From: an uncultured virus (IMG/VR IMGVR_UViG_3300006217_000037)
Taxonomy: Duplodnaviria > Heunggongvirae > Uroviricota > Caudoviricetes
DNA length: 64,000 bases
Virus record (IMG/VR): IMGVR_UViG_3300006217_000037
Reading direction: 5' to 3' (one strand)
The notes under the pieces were generated by a model, which made no database searches, had not been told where the DNA came from, and saw nothing but the letters and a program-made list of their open reading frames with translations. Shown one piece after another: positions 26,967 to 36,866 of this stretch (the first letter of the stretch is position 1; each line of letters opens with the position of its first letter). The translations under genes were made by a program, and so were the position numbers.

Positions 26967-28232
26967 TTAGAATTTCCCCGCTTCCCATGTGGTCGTTGCT
27001 TTCGGCTGAGGGACCTCGGAGTATCCGTCTGTAATGATAATGCTGCAACCCTCTCCATCGGAGGAAACCCTGGTTGCAATAATCTGTAGGCCCTCCTGTT
27101 CGGCCCATTCGCCAAATTCCCGCAAAGTCTCAATATCCATTGCCTCCAGGCCATCAACCAAGACGAACCCACAGCTGGGCTTGAGGGCTCTGACAATAGC
27201 TGTGGAAACTTTTAACTGATTTGAGCCGCTCATGCAATCCCAGGGCTTGCCCTGATAGGTCAATTCCCCATCCTCAACAGAGAGGCCGGGGAGGGGCAGT
27301 TTCGCCCCTTGCAGGAGATCGGTCTTCTGCTGGCGCACCGCCTCCAGCTGGGCCGTCAGGCCGGTGTACTGGTCGCTGCATTCCTTGGCCTCGGCCTCCG
27401 CCCGGGCCTTGTCCTGGTTGGTGCGAACCTTGGCATTGATGGCCTCCGTATCCCGGATACTGGCCTCCAACTCCTCCGTAGATTCGTCCACCAAATCCAG
27501 GGCCGACTTTTGGGCCGTTTCACAGTCCGCGCATACCGTGGTATAGCGTGCGCTCAACTCCTCCAACTGGCGGTAAAGGCTCTGCTTCTCCTGCTCCAGC
27601 TGGGCGGCCCGTTCCCGTTTGCGTTGGTTCTCACCATTCCGGGCAAGGATGTCCTGCTGGCGCTGAATGAGGTCATAAGCGGAAATCGGCTCGGCGGGGG
27701 CCTCGGGGTAGCTGGGCAACTCCTTGGCGTACTTCGCCTTTTGGTCGGCAATCTGGCCGATAGCGTGCCGCTGGTTATACAACTCCTTCTCCTGCCGCTC
27801 CAGCTTTTCCACCTGCTCCTCCAGGCCGATAATGCGCAGGAGGGTGGTAGCCTTTTCCTTGCTGGTGGACTGCATGAACCGGGGCATATCAAGGGCCAAC
27901 TGCTCCACAAAGGAATTGAGCAGCTGCTGGCCCGCCTTGCGGCCCGAGGCGTCCGTCACCTTCAAATCGCTGTTCTTGCCCGACCGCTCCACGATGATCC
28001 CATTGGACAGCTCCAGGCGGAGCCGGGGCGGGAGGACGGAGCCCTCCCGCTGGGCCTGGGAGGGCCGGTAGCGGTCCCCTCCCAGTGCCCACACAATGGC
28101 ATCCAGACCCGAGGTCTTGCCCTGGTTGTTGCGGCCCCCGATCACCGTCAGGCCGGTGGGGGCCGGGGTGAGGGTCAGCGCCTTAATGCGCTTGACGTTC
28201 TCAGCCTCAAACTGCGTAATTTTGACTGACAT
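26967..28232 (-). CDS. SMC/RecF-like coiled-coil ATPase
   Basis: ENVKRIK, GRNNQGKTS, coiled coil, MSGS signature, VLVDGLE. Confidence 0.8.
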   Translation of the reverse strand: MSVKITQFEAENVKRIKALTLTPAPTGLTVIGGRNNQGKTSGLDAIVWALGGDRYRPSQAQREGSVLPPRLRLELSNGIIVERSGKNSDLKVTDASGRKAGQQLLNSFVEQLALDMPRFMQSTSKEKATTLLRIIGLEEQVEKLERQEKELYNQRHAIGQIADQKAKYAKELPSYPEAPAEPISAYDLIQRQQDILARNGENQRKRERAAQLEQEKQSLYRQLEELSARYTTVCADCETAQKSALDLVDESTEELEASIRDTEAINAKVRTNQDKARAEAEAKECSDQYTGLTAQLEAVRQQKTDLLQGAKLPLPGLSVEDGELTYQGKPWDCMSGSNQLKVSTAIVRALKPSCGFVLVDGLEAMDIETLREFGEWAEQEGLQIIATRVSSDGEGCSIIITDGYSEVPQPKATTTWEAGKF

Positions 28233-28234
28233 AC

Positions 28235-28453
28235 TTAGCTCCTTTTCTTCTTCGTTTTGGCGGCTTTCTTCTCCGGGGCGGTACCCTTCTTTCCCCGCTC
28301 GATGCAGTACTGACGAATAATCTGCTGCTGCTCATAGCCGGTGGTGGTGCTGACCAACTGGCCGTAGCTGATTTTCCGTTTCCGGGCCTCCAGGGCCAGG
28401 GCGGTCAATTCATCGGTAGGGGTGGCATAAATGCCGTTCTGAATTTCGGTCAA
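28235..28453 (-). CDS. Hypothetical protein
   Basis: 72 aa, ARKRKISYGQL, coupled. Confidence 0.55.
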   Translation of the reverse strand: MTEIQNGIYATPTDELTALALEARKRKISYGQLVSTTTGYEQQQIIRQYCIERGKKGTAPEKKAAKTKKKRS

Positions 28454-29685
28454 GCCATCCCCTCCACCACTGCCCGGATAGCCCCTTGCAGTTTGCCGGC
28501 CTTGTCGCTGTCCGTGGCTCTGATCCGCTCCAGGGCCTCCATCATCTTCCCATAGGTTTCCTGCCAGCTGGTGAACAGCACCTTGAAGGTGGTTGCATCG
28601 GGGTCAGCCTGGGCCAGCAGCTTCTCAAGGGCCTGCATCCGCTCGGTGGTGGCCGCCTGGGCCTTTTCCACCTCACCGGCAGTCATAGCCTGGATCTCCT
28701 CGGGGGTAAGCTCCCGAACCTGTGGCTCCTTGGCTTTCAACTCGGCCAGTTCCTTTTGTGCGGCGGCCAGGGCCTCCTCGGCGGCTTTCCGGGCCGTGTC
28801 AGCCTTTTTCTTGGCCTCCTTGGCCTTGTCCACCTTGCCCGTCATCTCCTCAATGGCGGCTTTCCGGGCGGCCTCCACGGCCTCTGTATCCGCCTCGGCG
28901 GGGCGCTTGCGCAGTTCCTCCAACTCCTGGAGCATCTTGGTATGTTCAGCCTCGGCGGCCTGGGCGGAGGTATTGGCCTTGCTCAAAGCGTCCTGGAGGC
29001 GCTGGGCCTTGGCGGTCGCTTTCTCCTGGGCGTCTCTGGCCTGCTTGGCCTCAACCTCTGCACTGGTCAGCTTGGCCTTGTAGACCTGGGCCTGACCGGC
29101 CAACTCCTCCCGGAGCCGGTCAGCTTCCCGCCGCGCCCCCTGGGCCTCGTCCTGGGCGGCGGCCGCCGCCTCCAAGGCCTCCTCCCGCTCCTTTAGGGCC
29201 TTGTCCAGTTCCCGGTTGCTCATACTCCCCACATCATGCTCGGCCATAAACTGCTCCCGCTCCTCCTCGTCAGGGATTGCCAGCAGGCGCAGCGCCTTGG
29301 TGTAGGTCAAATTCGCAAACGCTTGGGATTTTGCCTCGCCGCCGAAAAGGCTCTGCTGTGCGGCGCCGTACTCACGGTAAATGCGCATGAAATTGTTTGC
29401 GGTGGACTGGGAGTAATCGACCTCGTTCTTCAGATAGTCCCCCCACTGCCCATGCGGGAGAATAGCCTTGACCTCCTCCAGCCGTCGGCCGATCTCGACG
29501 GCGTAGCCCAACATGATCTGCTGGGCCTGCCTCTGCAACGTGCGGATCTCCAGCGTCACCGTCTCCACGGTGCGGGGCGGGGCCGGGGCAACCTCCGCGG
29601 GGGCTGGCGGGACGCTCAGGCCAAAATCGGCGCTGAGGATACGCCCCTCCTCCATTTCCTCCCGCTCCATATCCATTTCGCTCAT
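28450..29685 (-). CDS. DUF3102-domain coiled-coil protein
   Basis: EIGRRLEEVKAILPHGQWGDYL...STANNFMRI. Confidence 0.8.
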   Translation of the reverse strand: MSEMDMEREEMEEGRILSADFGLSVPPAPAEVAPAPPRTVETVTLEIRTLQRQAQQIMLGYAVEIGRRLEEVKAILPHGQWGDYLKNEVDYSQSTANNFMRIYREYGAAQQSLFGGEAKSQAFANLTYTKALRLLAIPDEEEREQFMAEHDVGSMSNRELDKALKEREEALEAAAAAQDEAQGARREADRLREELAGQAQVYKAKLTSAEVEAKQARDAQEKATAKAQRLQDALSKANTSAQAAEAEHTKMLQELEELRKRPAEADTEAVEAARKAAIEEMTGKVDKAKEAKKKADTARKAAEEALAAAQKELAELKAKEPQVRELTPEEIQAMTAGEVEKAQAATTERMQALEKLLAQADPDATTFKVLFTSWQETYGKMMEALERIRATDSDKAGKLQGAIRAVVEGMA

Positions 29686-29690
29686 TTTGC

Positions 29691-31319
29691 TTATGCTATC
29701 CTTATCCTTTCTTTCGGTTTAGCGCGGCGGACGAAACTCAGCCACGCCTTTTCAAATGCCTTAACTTCCGGGGTACGGTCACAGTTACGAAGGCCCCGGT
29801 TCTGCCTGACCTTCTTGGCCTTCTCGTCAAATTCAAGGGTAAAGAACGGTTTATCGGGCTCCGTTACCTGACGGATAAACAGGATTGCGGTCTTGCCCTC
29901 TGCGTGGCGTTTTGCGTAGGTAGCCACGCAATGATGTAAGTCCTTCCCCTCCTGGATCAATTCAGCCTCGGTCTGGCAAGGCCGAATCAACAGGCCGTCC
30001 AGTTCAAATGACAAGGGTTCCAATTCAGCGGCCCGCTCCAGAAACATCGCATTAAGCTCCGCATTCACTCTGGCCTGCTGCTCCTCCATTACTTGGTCAT
30101 GTGCGGCGTGCAAATTGCGAGGCCAGCGCACAAGGCTGTCATTCAGATCCCGGTGGAGCTTATGAGCCATGTGCCAATAGTCCTGTAAAATTCCCCAGGT
30201 CATTTTCTGCTTTTTGAGATAGCGGAGAATGCGCCAGAAATCTTGCGGGGGTCCCTCCTCTAAAATCCGGTTGACCTCATAGGCTGGCTTACCTCTCAGC
30301 AGTTCCATGTCTTCCGGCAACCTCACGGGCAGGCCGGACTTTTTTACCAGCCGATACCGCTCCAAATCCTCCACGTTCCAGCGCATTTGCCGCATATACC
30401 GAAATTCCTCTTTGTTGAGGCCCAGCATCTGCGCGGGGCGCTTTTCCTTCCAGTTGACGTCAGACAATTTCGGGATACCGCCGTGATCCGTTCCGCTGCT
30501 CTTTTCATGGTCAATCAATTCCGCCAGGAAACGACCGCACCCTTGTACCAGCAGATTTTCAACGGTGGGACGCTTGCGCCATAGGGCCAGGTAACTTACC
30601 AGCCGTTTGCCTCCTGCCTCCTGGTACAAGTCCAGCTTGCAGTTTTCGGCTGTGGTGCCCTCCAGAATGGACTTATCCCAGGGATAGCAAATGGACACGG
30701 TACCGTACACATCATTGAATGTCTTCCGTTGTGCCCATTTGTGGAAAACGGAGATGGAGCCTCCCATAGTCCTTAGATAGCCCATTAGGCGGACAACCTT
30801 CTTTTCCTCTACCACCCAGGCGCTGTACGGGTCAGTGGTGTACCGGCTTTCCCCTGATTTTTCAATCCAGCGTTTTACCAGCCATTCGGTCAGCACAAAG
30901 CGGTCTTTGCGGCCCTCCACAGGGAGGCGGGACATGGTGGTTATCCAGGCCCCGTCTTCGATCCCCCTCGGGATACTCCCGACATGAACGACCTTCACCT
31001 CACACCCGCATACGGGGCACATGGTCAGGCTGCCGCTGATAACGCTTTCCGACATTTCCTGGTGATACCACCCGAACGGGGCCGGGGCATAGCAGGCGCT
31101 ACATCCTCCTGCGTCAACCTTTTCAGCGTAAAAGGTTTTGCCGCAGTGGGTACATACCACCTCAACGGCGGGGCGCGTCCGATCTTCCAGCGGCTCATAG
31201 ATCCGCCCCGCCTTATAGATCAAATACTCCTGTTGAAAGGCCTCCTGCTCTAAAGCCCATTGAACCAGGTCAACGGGTGGCGTTTTGGGTAGCAGCGGCT
31301 CATAATCAATCTGCTCCAC
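29691..31319 (-). CDS. PcfJ-domain protein
   Basis: DYWHMA..WPRNLHAAHD, EGKDLHHCVATY, PFFTLE, QNRGLRN. Confidence 0.85.
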   Translation of the reverse strand: MEQIDYEPLLPKTPPVDLVQWALEQEAFQQEYLIYKAGRIYEPLEDRTRPAVEVVCTHCGKTFYAEKVDAGGCSACYAPAPFGWYHQEMSESVISGSLTMCPVCGCEVKVVHVGSIPRGIEDGAWITTMSRLPVEGRKDRFVLTEWLVKRWIEKSGESRYTTDPYSAWVVEEKKVVRLMGYLRTMGGSISVFHKWAQRKTFNDVYGTVSICYPWDKSILEGTTAENCKLDLYQEAGGKRLVSYLALWRKRPTVENLLVQGCGRFLAELIDHEKSSGTDHGGIPKLSDVNWKEKRPAQMLGLNKEEFRYMRQMRWNVEDLERYRLVKKSGLPVRLPEDMELLRGKPAYEVNRILEEGPPQDFWRILRYLKKQKMTWGILQDYWHMAHKLHRDLNDSLVRWPRNLHAAHDQVMEEQQARVNAELNAMFLERAAELEPLSFELDGLLIRPCQTEAELIQEGKDLHHCVATYAKRHAEGKTAILFIRQVTEPDKPFFTLEFDEKAKKVRQNRGLRNCDRTPEVKAFEKAWLSFVRRAKPKERIRIA

Positions 31320-31333
31320 GCTCTCCCGCCCCC

Positions 31334-31690
31334 TTACAGGAAGTCAAATGGGTCAACTAGCTTTTTAGCCGGAGCGGGGGGAGCGGCAGGTTTGACTTCA
31401 TCAGGACGGGGGAGGCCGTAGAACTCTCGCAGGATATTCTCAGCCTCCGCCGGGGTGACGCAGGAAAAGTTGCCGGTCTTGTGGCCGTCGGCATAGGCCT
31501 TGATCTTCTTCTCGGCGGCGGTGATGCTCATGGCCTCGTTCTCCAAATCCTGGGCAATGAGCTCCGCGCTCTTGGGCTCCATGCGGCAAATGTCCTTCAG
31601 CTGCTCCCCCACCATCCACTGGGGAGAACGGGGCTTGACCTTGGCCTGCTGGGCCTCCAGCAGAGCAATAGCCTGTTCTTGAATGCTCAT
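31334..31690 (-). CDS. PcfK-like protein
   Basis: Directly upstream of PcfJ; ILREFYGL motif and C-terminal DPFDFL. Confidence 0.5.
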   Translation of the reverse strand: MSIQEQAIALLEAQQAKVKPRSPQWMVGEQLKDICRMEPKSAELIAQDLENEAMSITAAEKKIKAYADGHKTGNFSCVTPAEAENILREFYGLPRPDEVKPAAPPAPAKKLVDPFDFL

Positions 31691-32391
31691 TACTGTGCCT
31701 CCTTTGCAATCCATACGGGGGCACGCTGGACGCCAAACTCGACGGCCTCCTGGTGGGTAGCAACGGCAATATCTACCGTCTGCCCGACTACGGCCCCTCC
31801 AACATCAGCGGCGAGGTATCGCTGTCCGTCAATTATCAATGTGCTGCCCAGGGGAATCACAGCGGGGTCAACGGCGGCTATGCCGGGGGTGACGGGGATC
31901 CCCGTGGCCGTCAGACCGTCCCCGGTGCCGCAGACGTGGGCGTATGGTTCACAGCAGTAAGCGGTAAGCCGACACTCGCCGATGTACTCCCAGGCTCCCA
32001 CGGCCTCATACTCTGCCGCCTGGGCGGACCTGGCCTGTTTCTCCTGGGCACTCGCCAGAGACGCCGCCGCAAACTCCTGGATGGCGCTGTCCCGGCTTTC
32101 CTCCGCCAGCTGAAGCTCCTGCTCCAGCTGGCCCCGCAGGTAGCCATAAACAAGGGCCTGGGCCACGTTGCACAGGACGGCCAGCACAAAAAGCCCTATG
32201 GCCGCCCGTTTCCATGCCTCCAGCGAACGCCGCAACGTCCGCCTGCCGGGGAGGACACGGGGGGCCGTGCCCCTCCGTTCCTCATTTGACAGCCTCGCAG
32301 CTTCCACATTCTCGGGGGTGGCCCTTGGCCCACAGCCCTCCAGATAAGCCAGACACCGACGACGATTTTCAAGGGCCTCTTTGATTGTCAT
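31690..32391 (-). CDS. Membrane-anchored 3D-domain protein
   Basis: TM segment, coiled coil, LTAYC..TATG..AAVDPAVIPLGS..AADVGG..VDI. Confidence 0.85.
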   Translation of the reverse strand: MTIKEALENRRRCLAYLEGCGPRATPENVEAARLSNEERRGTAPRVLPGRRTLRRSLEAWKRAAIGLFVLAVLCNVAQALVYGYLRGQLEQELQLAEESRDSAIQEFAAASLASAQEKQARSAQAAEYEAVGAWEYIGECRLTAYCCEPYAHVCGTGDGLTATGIPVTPGIAAVDPAVIPLGSTLIIDGQRYLAADVGGAVVGQTVDIAVATHQEAVEFGVQRAPVWIAKEAQ

Positions 32392-33308
32392 TCTGTGCCT
32401 CCATCCCCGGGAGAAATAGCTTTGATCCGCTTGGCTGCCCGGATACCGTTCTCGTTGAGCTGCCTCTGCCACGCTCCCTGTGACGGTGCCCAGCGAAAGC
32501 CCTCACTTTTCAGCTCTGCCCGGAGGTCAGCGTCCGGTTTTCCTTCAAAGACGATCTGTACCCGGTTCTCCTCGGTGTTCATCACTACCTCGCCGCCGTC
32601 AAAAGTCCAACCCTCGGGGGCGGGGGAGCTGCGGCGCTTTTCCAGCTCCGCAATGCGCTCCTTAATGCGGCGGATATTGGCATTGTTGTTGGTCAGCTCA
32701 AAAGCGGGATAGCCAACACGCCCACACCAATCCGGTTCCCGGAGCTGCTTAATCTCCTCCATGGTGTAGCCCAGTTCTGCCAGCTTGGCATCACCCTTTA
32801 CGGTATCCTTCATACGGATGGCCGCATTGGCCGCTTTCATCAGCGCCTGGTGCTTTTCCAGTCCCTCCAGCTTTGCCCTCAGCTTTTCAACGGCCTGCTG
32901 GTCATCACTGCTGATCCCGCCCATGCCGGTACCGCGAATTTTGTCAAGCAAGCCTTGGATGTGCCGCCACTCCTCATTGTTCTTGTCCTCAGCGGCATTT
33001 TGCTTATGTTTCTTCTGAACAGTGAAATTGCTACCACCAGCAACCATAATGGAGGGGCAACGGGTCATAATGCTGTAATGCTGGTTCATGTTCTCGGCCA
33101 ATTTCCGGGCGTAGAGGTCAAGCAGATGGTCAATCTTCTCATGGTACATAGGATCCACCCGGCGCTTTTGCCGTTCCGCAATCTCGGCGGCTCTATCTAC
33201 CATACGCCGGTATTCAGCGGTGGCGCTGCCCTCTTTATAGTCGTCATAGCTCATCATGTGCTTGGCCGTCCTTGCAGTGGCCTCGTTGATGGTGTAATAG
33301 GTAGGCAT
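32388..33308 (-). CDS. DUF3560-like protein
   Basis: ENRVQIVFEGKPD..LKSEGFRWAPSQGAWQR C-terminus. Confidence 0.55.
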   Translation of the reverse strand: MPTYYTINEATARTAKHMMSYDDYKEGSATAEYRRMVDRAAEIAERQKRRVDPMYHEKIDHLLDLYARKLAENMNQHYSIMTRCPSIMVAGGSNFTVQKKHKQNAAEDKNNEEWRHIQGLLDKIRGTGMGGISSDDQQAVEKLRAKLEGLEKHQALMKAANAAIRMKDTVKGDAKLAELGYTMEEIKQLREPDWCGRVGYPAFELTNNNANIRRIKERIAELEKRRSSPAPEGWTFDGGEVVMNTEENRVQIVFEGKPDADLRAELKSEGFRWAPSQGAWQRQLNENGIRAAKRIKAISPGDGGTE

Positions 33309-33320
33309 GGTTTCCTCCTC

Positions 33321-33473
33321 TCACGCCGGCTCCGGGTAGGCGATACGCACCAGGCGCTCCAGTTGCCAGGCGTCCAGGTGCTTGCCAGCCTCGGCCAGAA
33401 TGCGCTCCTTGGTGGCGTCACCCACACCGATCAGAGCCCTCCGATAGTCCTCAAAGGTAAATTTCTTCTTCAT
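33321..33473 (-). CDS. Small hypothetical protein
   Basis: SD AAGGAGG; MKKKFTFEDY..., 50 aa. Confidence 0.55.
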   Translation of the reverse strand: MKKKFTFEDYRRALIGVGDATKERILAEAGKHLDAWQLERLVRIAYPEPA

Positions 33474-33483
33474 GGGTACCTCC

Positions 33484-33750
33484 TTAACGTTTTGGATCAA
33501 TGCGCCGGATACCTCCAACGGCGGGGGCTGCCTCCTCGGTGGGCCGGGCCGTCCCCAGCCGCATGAGATCTAAAACATCGTCCAGGTTGATAAGTGCCTT
33601 GCGCCCGGCCCACACCACGGGGACGGTGCCATCCTTCGCCATCTGGCGGATATGGAACTCCGTCATTTCCGTATCGGGGTCAAGCGCCTTGATCTCCGCG
33701 ACAATCTTTGCCGCCGTCCGCATCCGCGGGATGCTCTTGGTGCCGTCCAT
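33484..33750 (-). CDS. Excisionase-like DNA-binding protein
   Basis: IRQMAKDGTVPVVWAGRKALINLDDV; early operon position. Confidence 0.65.
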   Translation of the reverse strand: MDGTKSIPRMRTAAKIVAEIKALDPDTEMTEFHIRQMAKDGTVPVVWAGRKALINLDDVLDLMRLGTARPTEEAAPAVGGIRRIDPKR

Positions 33751-33831
33751 CCTTTCACCTCCTTGGTATTGGCGGCAATACCGTATTTTTTGAGATTCAA
33801 TTTTCAAGGTGCATAAGGGCGGTGGTAAGGG

Positions 33832-34056
33832 TCAGCCCGAACCAACGGAAACGGCATCAGGCTCCAGCAGGTCGCTTGTGCTGCAACCATACACCGTTGC
33901 CGCTTTCTCCAGATTCCGCTTTGTCGGCGTGTTGGAACCCTTTTCCCACTGAATAATGGTGATGGGGTCAACCCCGATCTTCTCCGCTGCTTGGGCCTGG
34001 GTCATTTTTGCAGAGAGCCGGGCCTTGCGAAATCTGTTGATTTCGAAGATAGGCAT
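33832..34056 (-). CDS. Cro-like XRE HTH protein
   Basis: MTQAQAAEKIGVDPITIIQWEKG; first lytic gene, divergent from cI. Confidence 0.8.
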   Translation of the reverse strand: MPIFEINRFRKARLSAKMTQAQAAEKIGVDPITIIQWEKGSNTPTKRNLEKAATVYGCSTSDLLEPDAVSVGSG

Positions 34057-34080
34057 GATGTCCTCCTTTCTAATGCCATT

Positions 34081-34264
34081 TTCTAAGAAAACTAATATTT
34101 CTATTGACACAGAGCAAAAAACCGTTTATCATGTAAGAGCCAACAAACATAAGAAACGCCCGCATTTTGGGGGGCCTGGTTTTGTGTTGTCTGTATCAAC
34201 ATGGCAAAGTATATATTAGTTTTATTAGAAAGTCAACGCCAAAAATATTAGTTTCATTAGTTTT
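34081..34264. promoter_or_regulatory. Lysis-lysogeny switch: convergent promoters and operators
   Basis: Plus TTGACA-16-TATCAT (34104-34131); minus TTGACT-17-TATACT (34236-34208); motif TTCTAA(G/T)AAAACTAATA repeated. Confidence 0.7.
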
Positions 34265-34298
34265 GTTATTCTGCACAATTCCGGGGGTGTGATTTTAT

Positions 34299-34775
34299 AT
34301 GTTTTGGACTAGGTTCATTGAGCTCTGCAATGAAGCCGGGAAATCTCCAAATGCTGTTGCTGCCGCATGTGGCGTAAAATCATCTGGAACTGTAACAGGT
34401 TGGAGCAAAGGGTCTGTTCCCCGTGCGCCCATACTCCATAAGATGGCTGACTATTTCCATGTTTCTGTTGATTACCTGGCAGGCAACGTCAATGATCCGT
34501 TTTCCCAGCTGGACAATGACCGTATCCTCCAGGACATAAACAGCTATGAGGATGAAAGCACTTCCACCCTCACAGATAGGGACAGGCGGGATATAGCCCG
34601 TGACCTGGAGCGGATCATGGAGGCCCTGGACACAGCCGGCGATTTGCAGTTTGACGGAGATCCCATGAGTGACGAGGCCCGGGAGAGTATCAGGGCCGCT
34701 ATGAAGCTAGGGCTGGAGGCCGCCAAGGTCAAAAATAAAGAGCGGTTTACCCCCAAGAAATTTAGAAAGGAGTAA
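34299..34775 (+). CDS. CI/ImmR-like repressor
   Basis: N-terminal HTH (TVTGWSKGSVP..MADYFHVSVDYL); upstream of ImmA. Confidence 0.85.
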   Translation: MFWTRFIELCNEAGKSPNAVAAACGVKSSGTVTGWSKGSVPRAPILHKMADYFHVSVDYLAGNVNDPFSQLDNDRILQDINSYEDESTSTLTDRDRRDIARDLERIMEALDTAGDLQFDGDPMSDEARESIRAAMKLGLEAAKVKNKERFTPKKFRKE

Positions 34776-34782
34776 ACCGCTA

Positions 34783-35241
34783 TTGGATATTAAACGCCTT
34801 GCGGAGAGGCTGGTGGACAAGCACGGCACCCGTGACCCCTTCAGAATTGCGGAAGAGCTGGGCTACACCATCATCCACACTCCCCTTGTGGGGGTGCGGG
34901 GCTTTTATCAATATCTGAAGCGGTGCCATATCATTTACTTGGACTCGGAGCTGGACGAGGCCACAGCACGCTTTGTCTGCGCCCATGAGCTGGGGCATTC
35001 CTTCCTTCACCGGGGCCTAAATCGGATATTCATGGATACCCGCACTTTCATCATCACTGGCCGCTATGAAACCGAGGCCAACCAGTTTGCGGTTGACCTG
35101 ATATATAGCGACGAGGAATTACAACCCTACCTGTCCCGCAGTTATGAGCGTGCGGCCGCCTATATGGGGGTCAGCAACGCCCTTGCGGAGTATCGAATGG
35201 GGGAAGTCGTGCCGGAGCACCCGGCAGACGAATGGGCATGA
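34783..35241 (+). CDS. ImmA/IrrE-family metallopeptidase
   Basis: TRDPFRIA, AHELGH, ETEANQFA. Confidence 0.9.
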   Translation: MDIKRLAERLVDKHGTRDPFRIAEELGYTIIHTPLVGVRGFYQYLKRCHIIYLDSELDEATARFVCAHELGHSFLHRGLNRIFMDTRTFIITGRYETEANQFAVDLIYSDEELQPYLSRSYERAAAYMGVSNALAEYRMGEVVPEHPADEWA

Positions 35242-35350
35242 AAAAAACCCTCCCCGGTGCTACCAACACCGAGGAGGGCAAAGAGGGCAGTAGACTTTGC
35301 GACGGCCTAACTGCCCTCCTATCATATCAAATGCAGGAGGAAAAAGCAAG

Positions 35351-36769
35351 ATGGCAACCATTCAAAAACAGGGGAGAGGTTATAAAATTACCGTCTCCCA
35401 GGGCTATGACTATGCCGGCAAGCGGCTCCGTCAATATATGACGTGGGTACCGGAACCGGGAATGTCTGAGCGGCAGATCAAGAAGGAGCTGGAGCGGCAA
35501 GCGGTCTTGTTCGAGGAAAAGGTTTTGACCGGGGCCACCTCCAACGGCAATATGCGCTTTGTCGACTTCGCAGAAAAGTACATGACCGAGTATGCCCAGC
35601 TGTACCTCAAACCGAAAACCATAGCCACCTACACGGAGCACCTTCAGCGCATCAACCAGGCCCTCGGCCACATCCGGCTCTGTGACCTCCGTACCGGCCA
35701 CATCAACAGCTTTTACCAGAACCTCCAGGAGAAGGGGGTCCGCAACCGCACCACTGCCGTTTGTAAAATCGACCTGCGGGAGCGGATCGGCACTCAGCGC
35801 GGGGCCATGACTGCCTTTGCCGGTCGTGCCGGCGTCAGCCGGGCCACCGTCAAGCAGGCCATAGAGGGCAAGCCCATCAACCGGGAATCCGCTGACGCTA
35901 TCGCCCAGGCCGTGGGGATGAAGACCGCCAGGGCTTTTACTGTCACCACCCACGGGGAACCGCTGGCCCCGGCCAGCGTGATCTCCTACCACCGTACCCT
36001 TTCCTCCGTCCTCTCCCGGGCGGTCAAATGGGGTTATATTCAGATCAACCCGGCAGACGCAGCGGAGAAGCCCAGCCTGGGCGGCCATGAGGCGGCCTAT
36101 CTGGAGGAGGACGACGCCCGGCGTCTCCTGGAGCTGTTGCAGGCCGAGCCGGTCAAGTGGCGGGCACCCATCACCTTTGACCTTCTTTCCGGCCTGCGCC
36201 GGGCGGAGTTGCTGGGCCTCCGCTGGCAGGACGTAGACTTGGACGAGCATACCATCACCATCCGCCAGACCTCCAACTATCTGCCCGGCAAGGGGGTCTA
36301 TGTGGGCACACCGAAAACTACTACATCGGCCCGGCCTCTGCCCATCTCTACCGCCGCTATTATGTTACTGCTGGAGTATAGGGCCTGGCAGGACACCAGG
36401 CGGGAACAGCTGGGTGACGCCTGGGAAGATCAGGACGGGCGGGTGTTTACCACCGACACCGGGGCGCCCATGTTCCCCGACAGCCTGACGCAGTGGTTCA
36501 GCGGCTTTATTGCCCGGTCAGGTATGCCGAAGGTGACGGTTCACAGCCTGCGGCACACATACGCCTCCCTGATGATAGCCGACGGCGTGCCCCTGGTGGT
36601 TGTCTCCCGGCAGCTGGGCCACGCCCAGGCCAGCACCACGGCCAACATCTACGCCCACGCCATAGCCTCCGCCCAGGCTAAAGCCATGCAGACCTTTGAC
36701 CGTTTCAATGACCTTGTGGGAGCTGAAAATCCGCCCGAAAAGGGTATGAAAAAAGCGGCCGGGAATTGA
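35351..36769 (+). CDS. int: Tyrosine integrase
   Basis: GLRRAE, PKT, HSLRH, LGH, NIYAH catalytic motifs; SD AGGAGG. Confidence 0.95.
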   Translation: MATIQKQGRGYKITVSQGYDYAGKRLRQYMTWVPEPGMSERQIKKELERQAVLFEEKVLTGATSNGNMRFVDFAEKYMTEYAQLYLKPKTIATYTEHLQRINQALGHIRLCDLRTGHINSFYQNLQEKGVRNRTTAVCKIDLRERIGTQRGAMTAFAGRAGVSRATVKQAIEGKPINRESADAIAQAVGMKTARAFTVTTHGEPLAPASVISYHRTLSSVLSRAVKWGYIQINPADAAEKPSLGGHEAAYLEEDDARRLLELLQAEPVKWRAPITFDLLSGLRRAELLGLRWQDVDLDEHTITIRQTSNYLPGKGVYVGTPKTTTSARPLPISTAAIMLLLEYRAWQDTRREQLGDAWEDQDGRVFTTDTGAPMFPDSLTQWFSGFIARSGMPKVTVHSLRHTYASLMIADGVPLVVVSRQLGHAQASTTANIYAHAIASAQAKAMQTFDRFNDLVGAENPPEKGMKKAAGN

Positions 36770-36816
36770 CTTCCCGACCGCTCAACTGTGTATTCCGTGG
36801 TAAACCTTTGCCAGAT

Positions 36817-36838
36817 TGGACGCTAAATGGACGCTAAA
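36817..36838. repeat. Integrase arm-type sites (left arm)
   Basis: TGGACGCTAAA x2 in tandem. Confidence 0.75.
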
Positions 36839-36866
36839 CCCGAAATTCCGGGGCCGTTGGAGAAAT

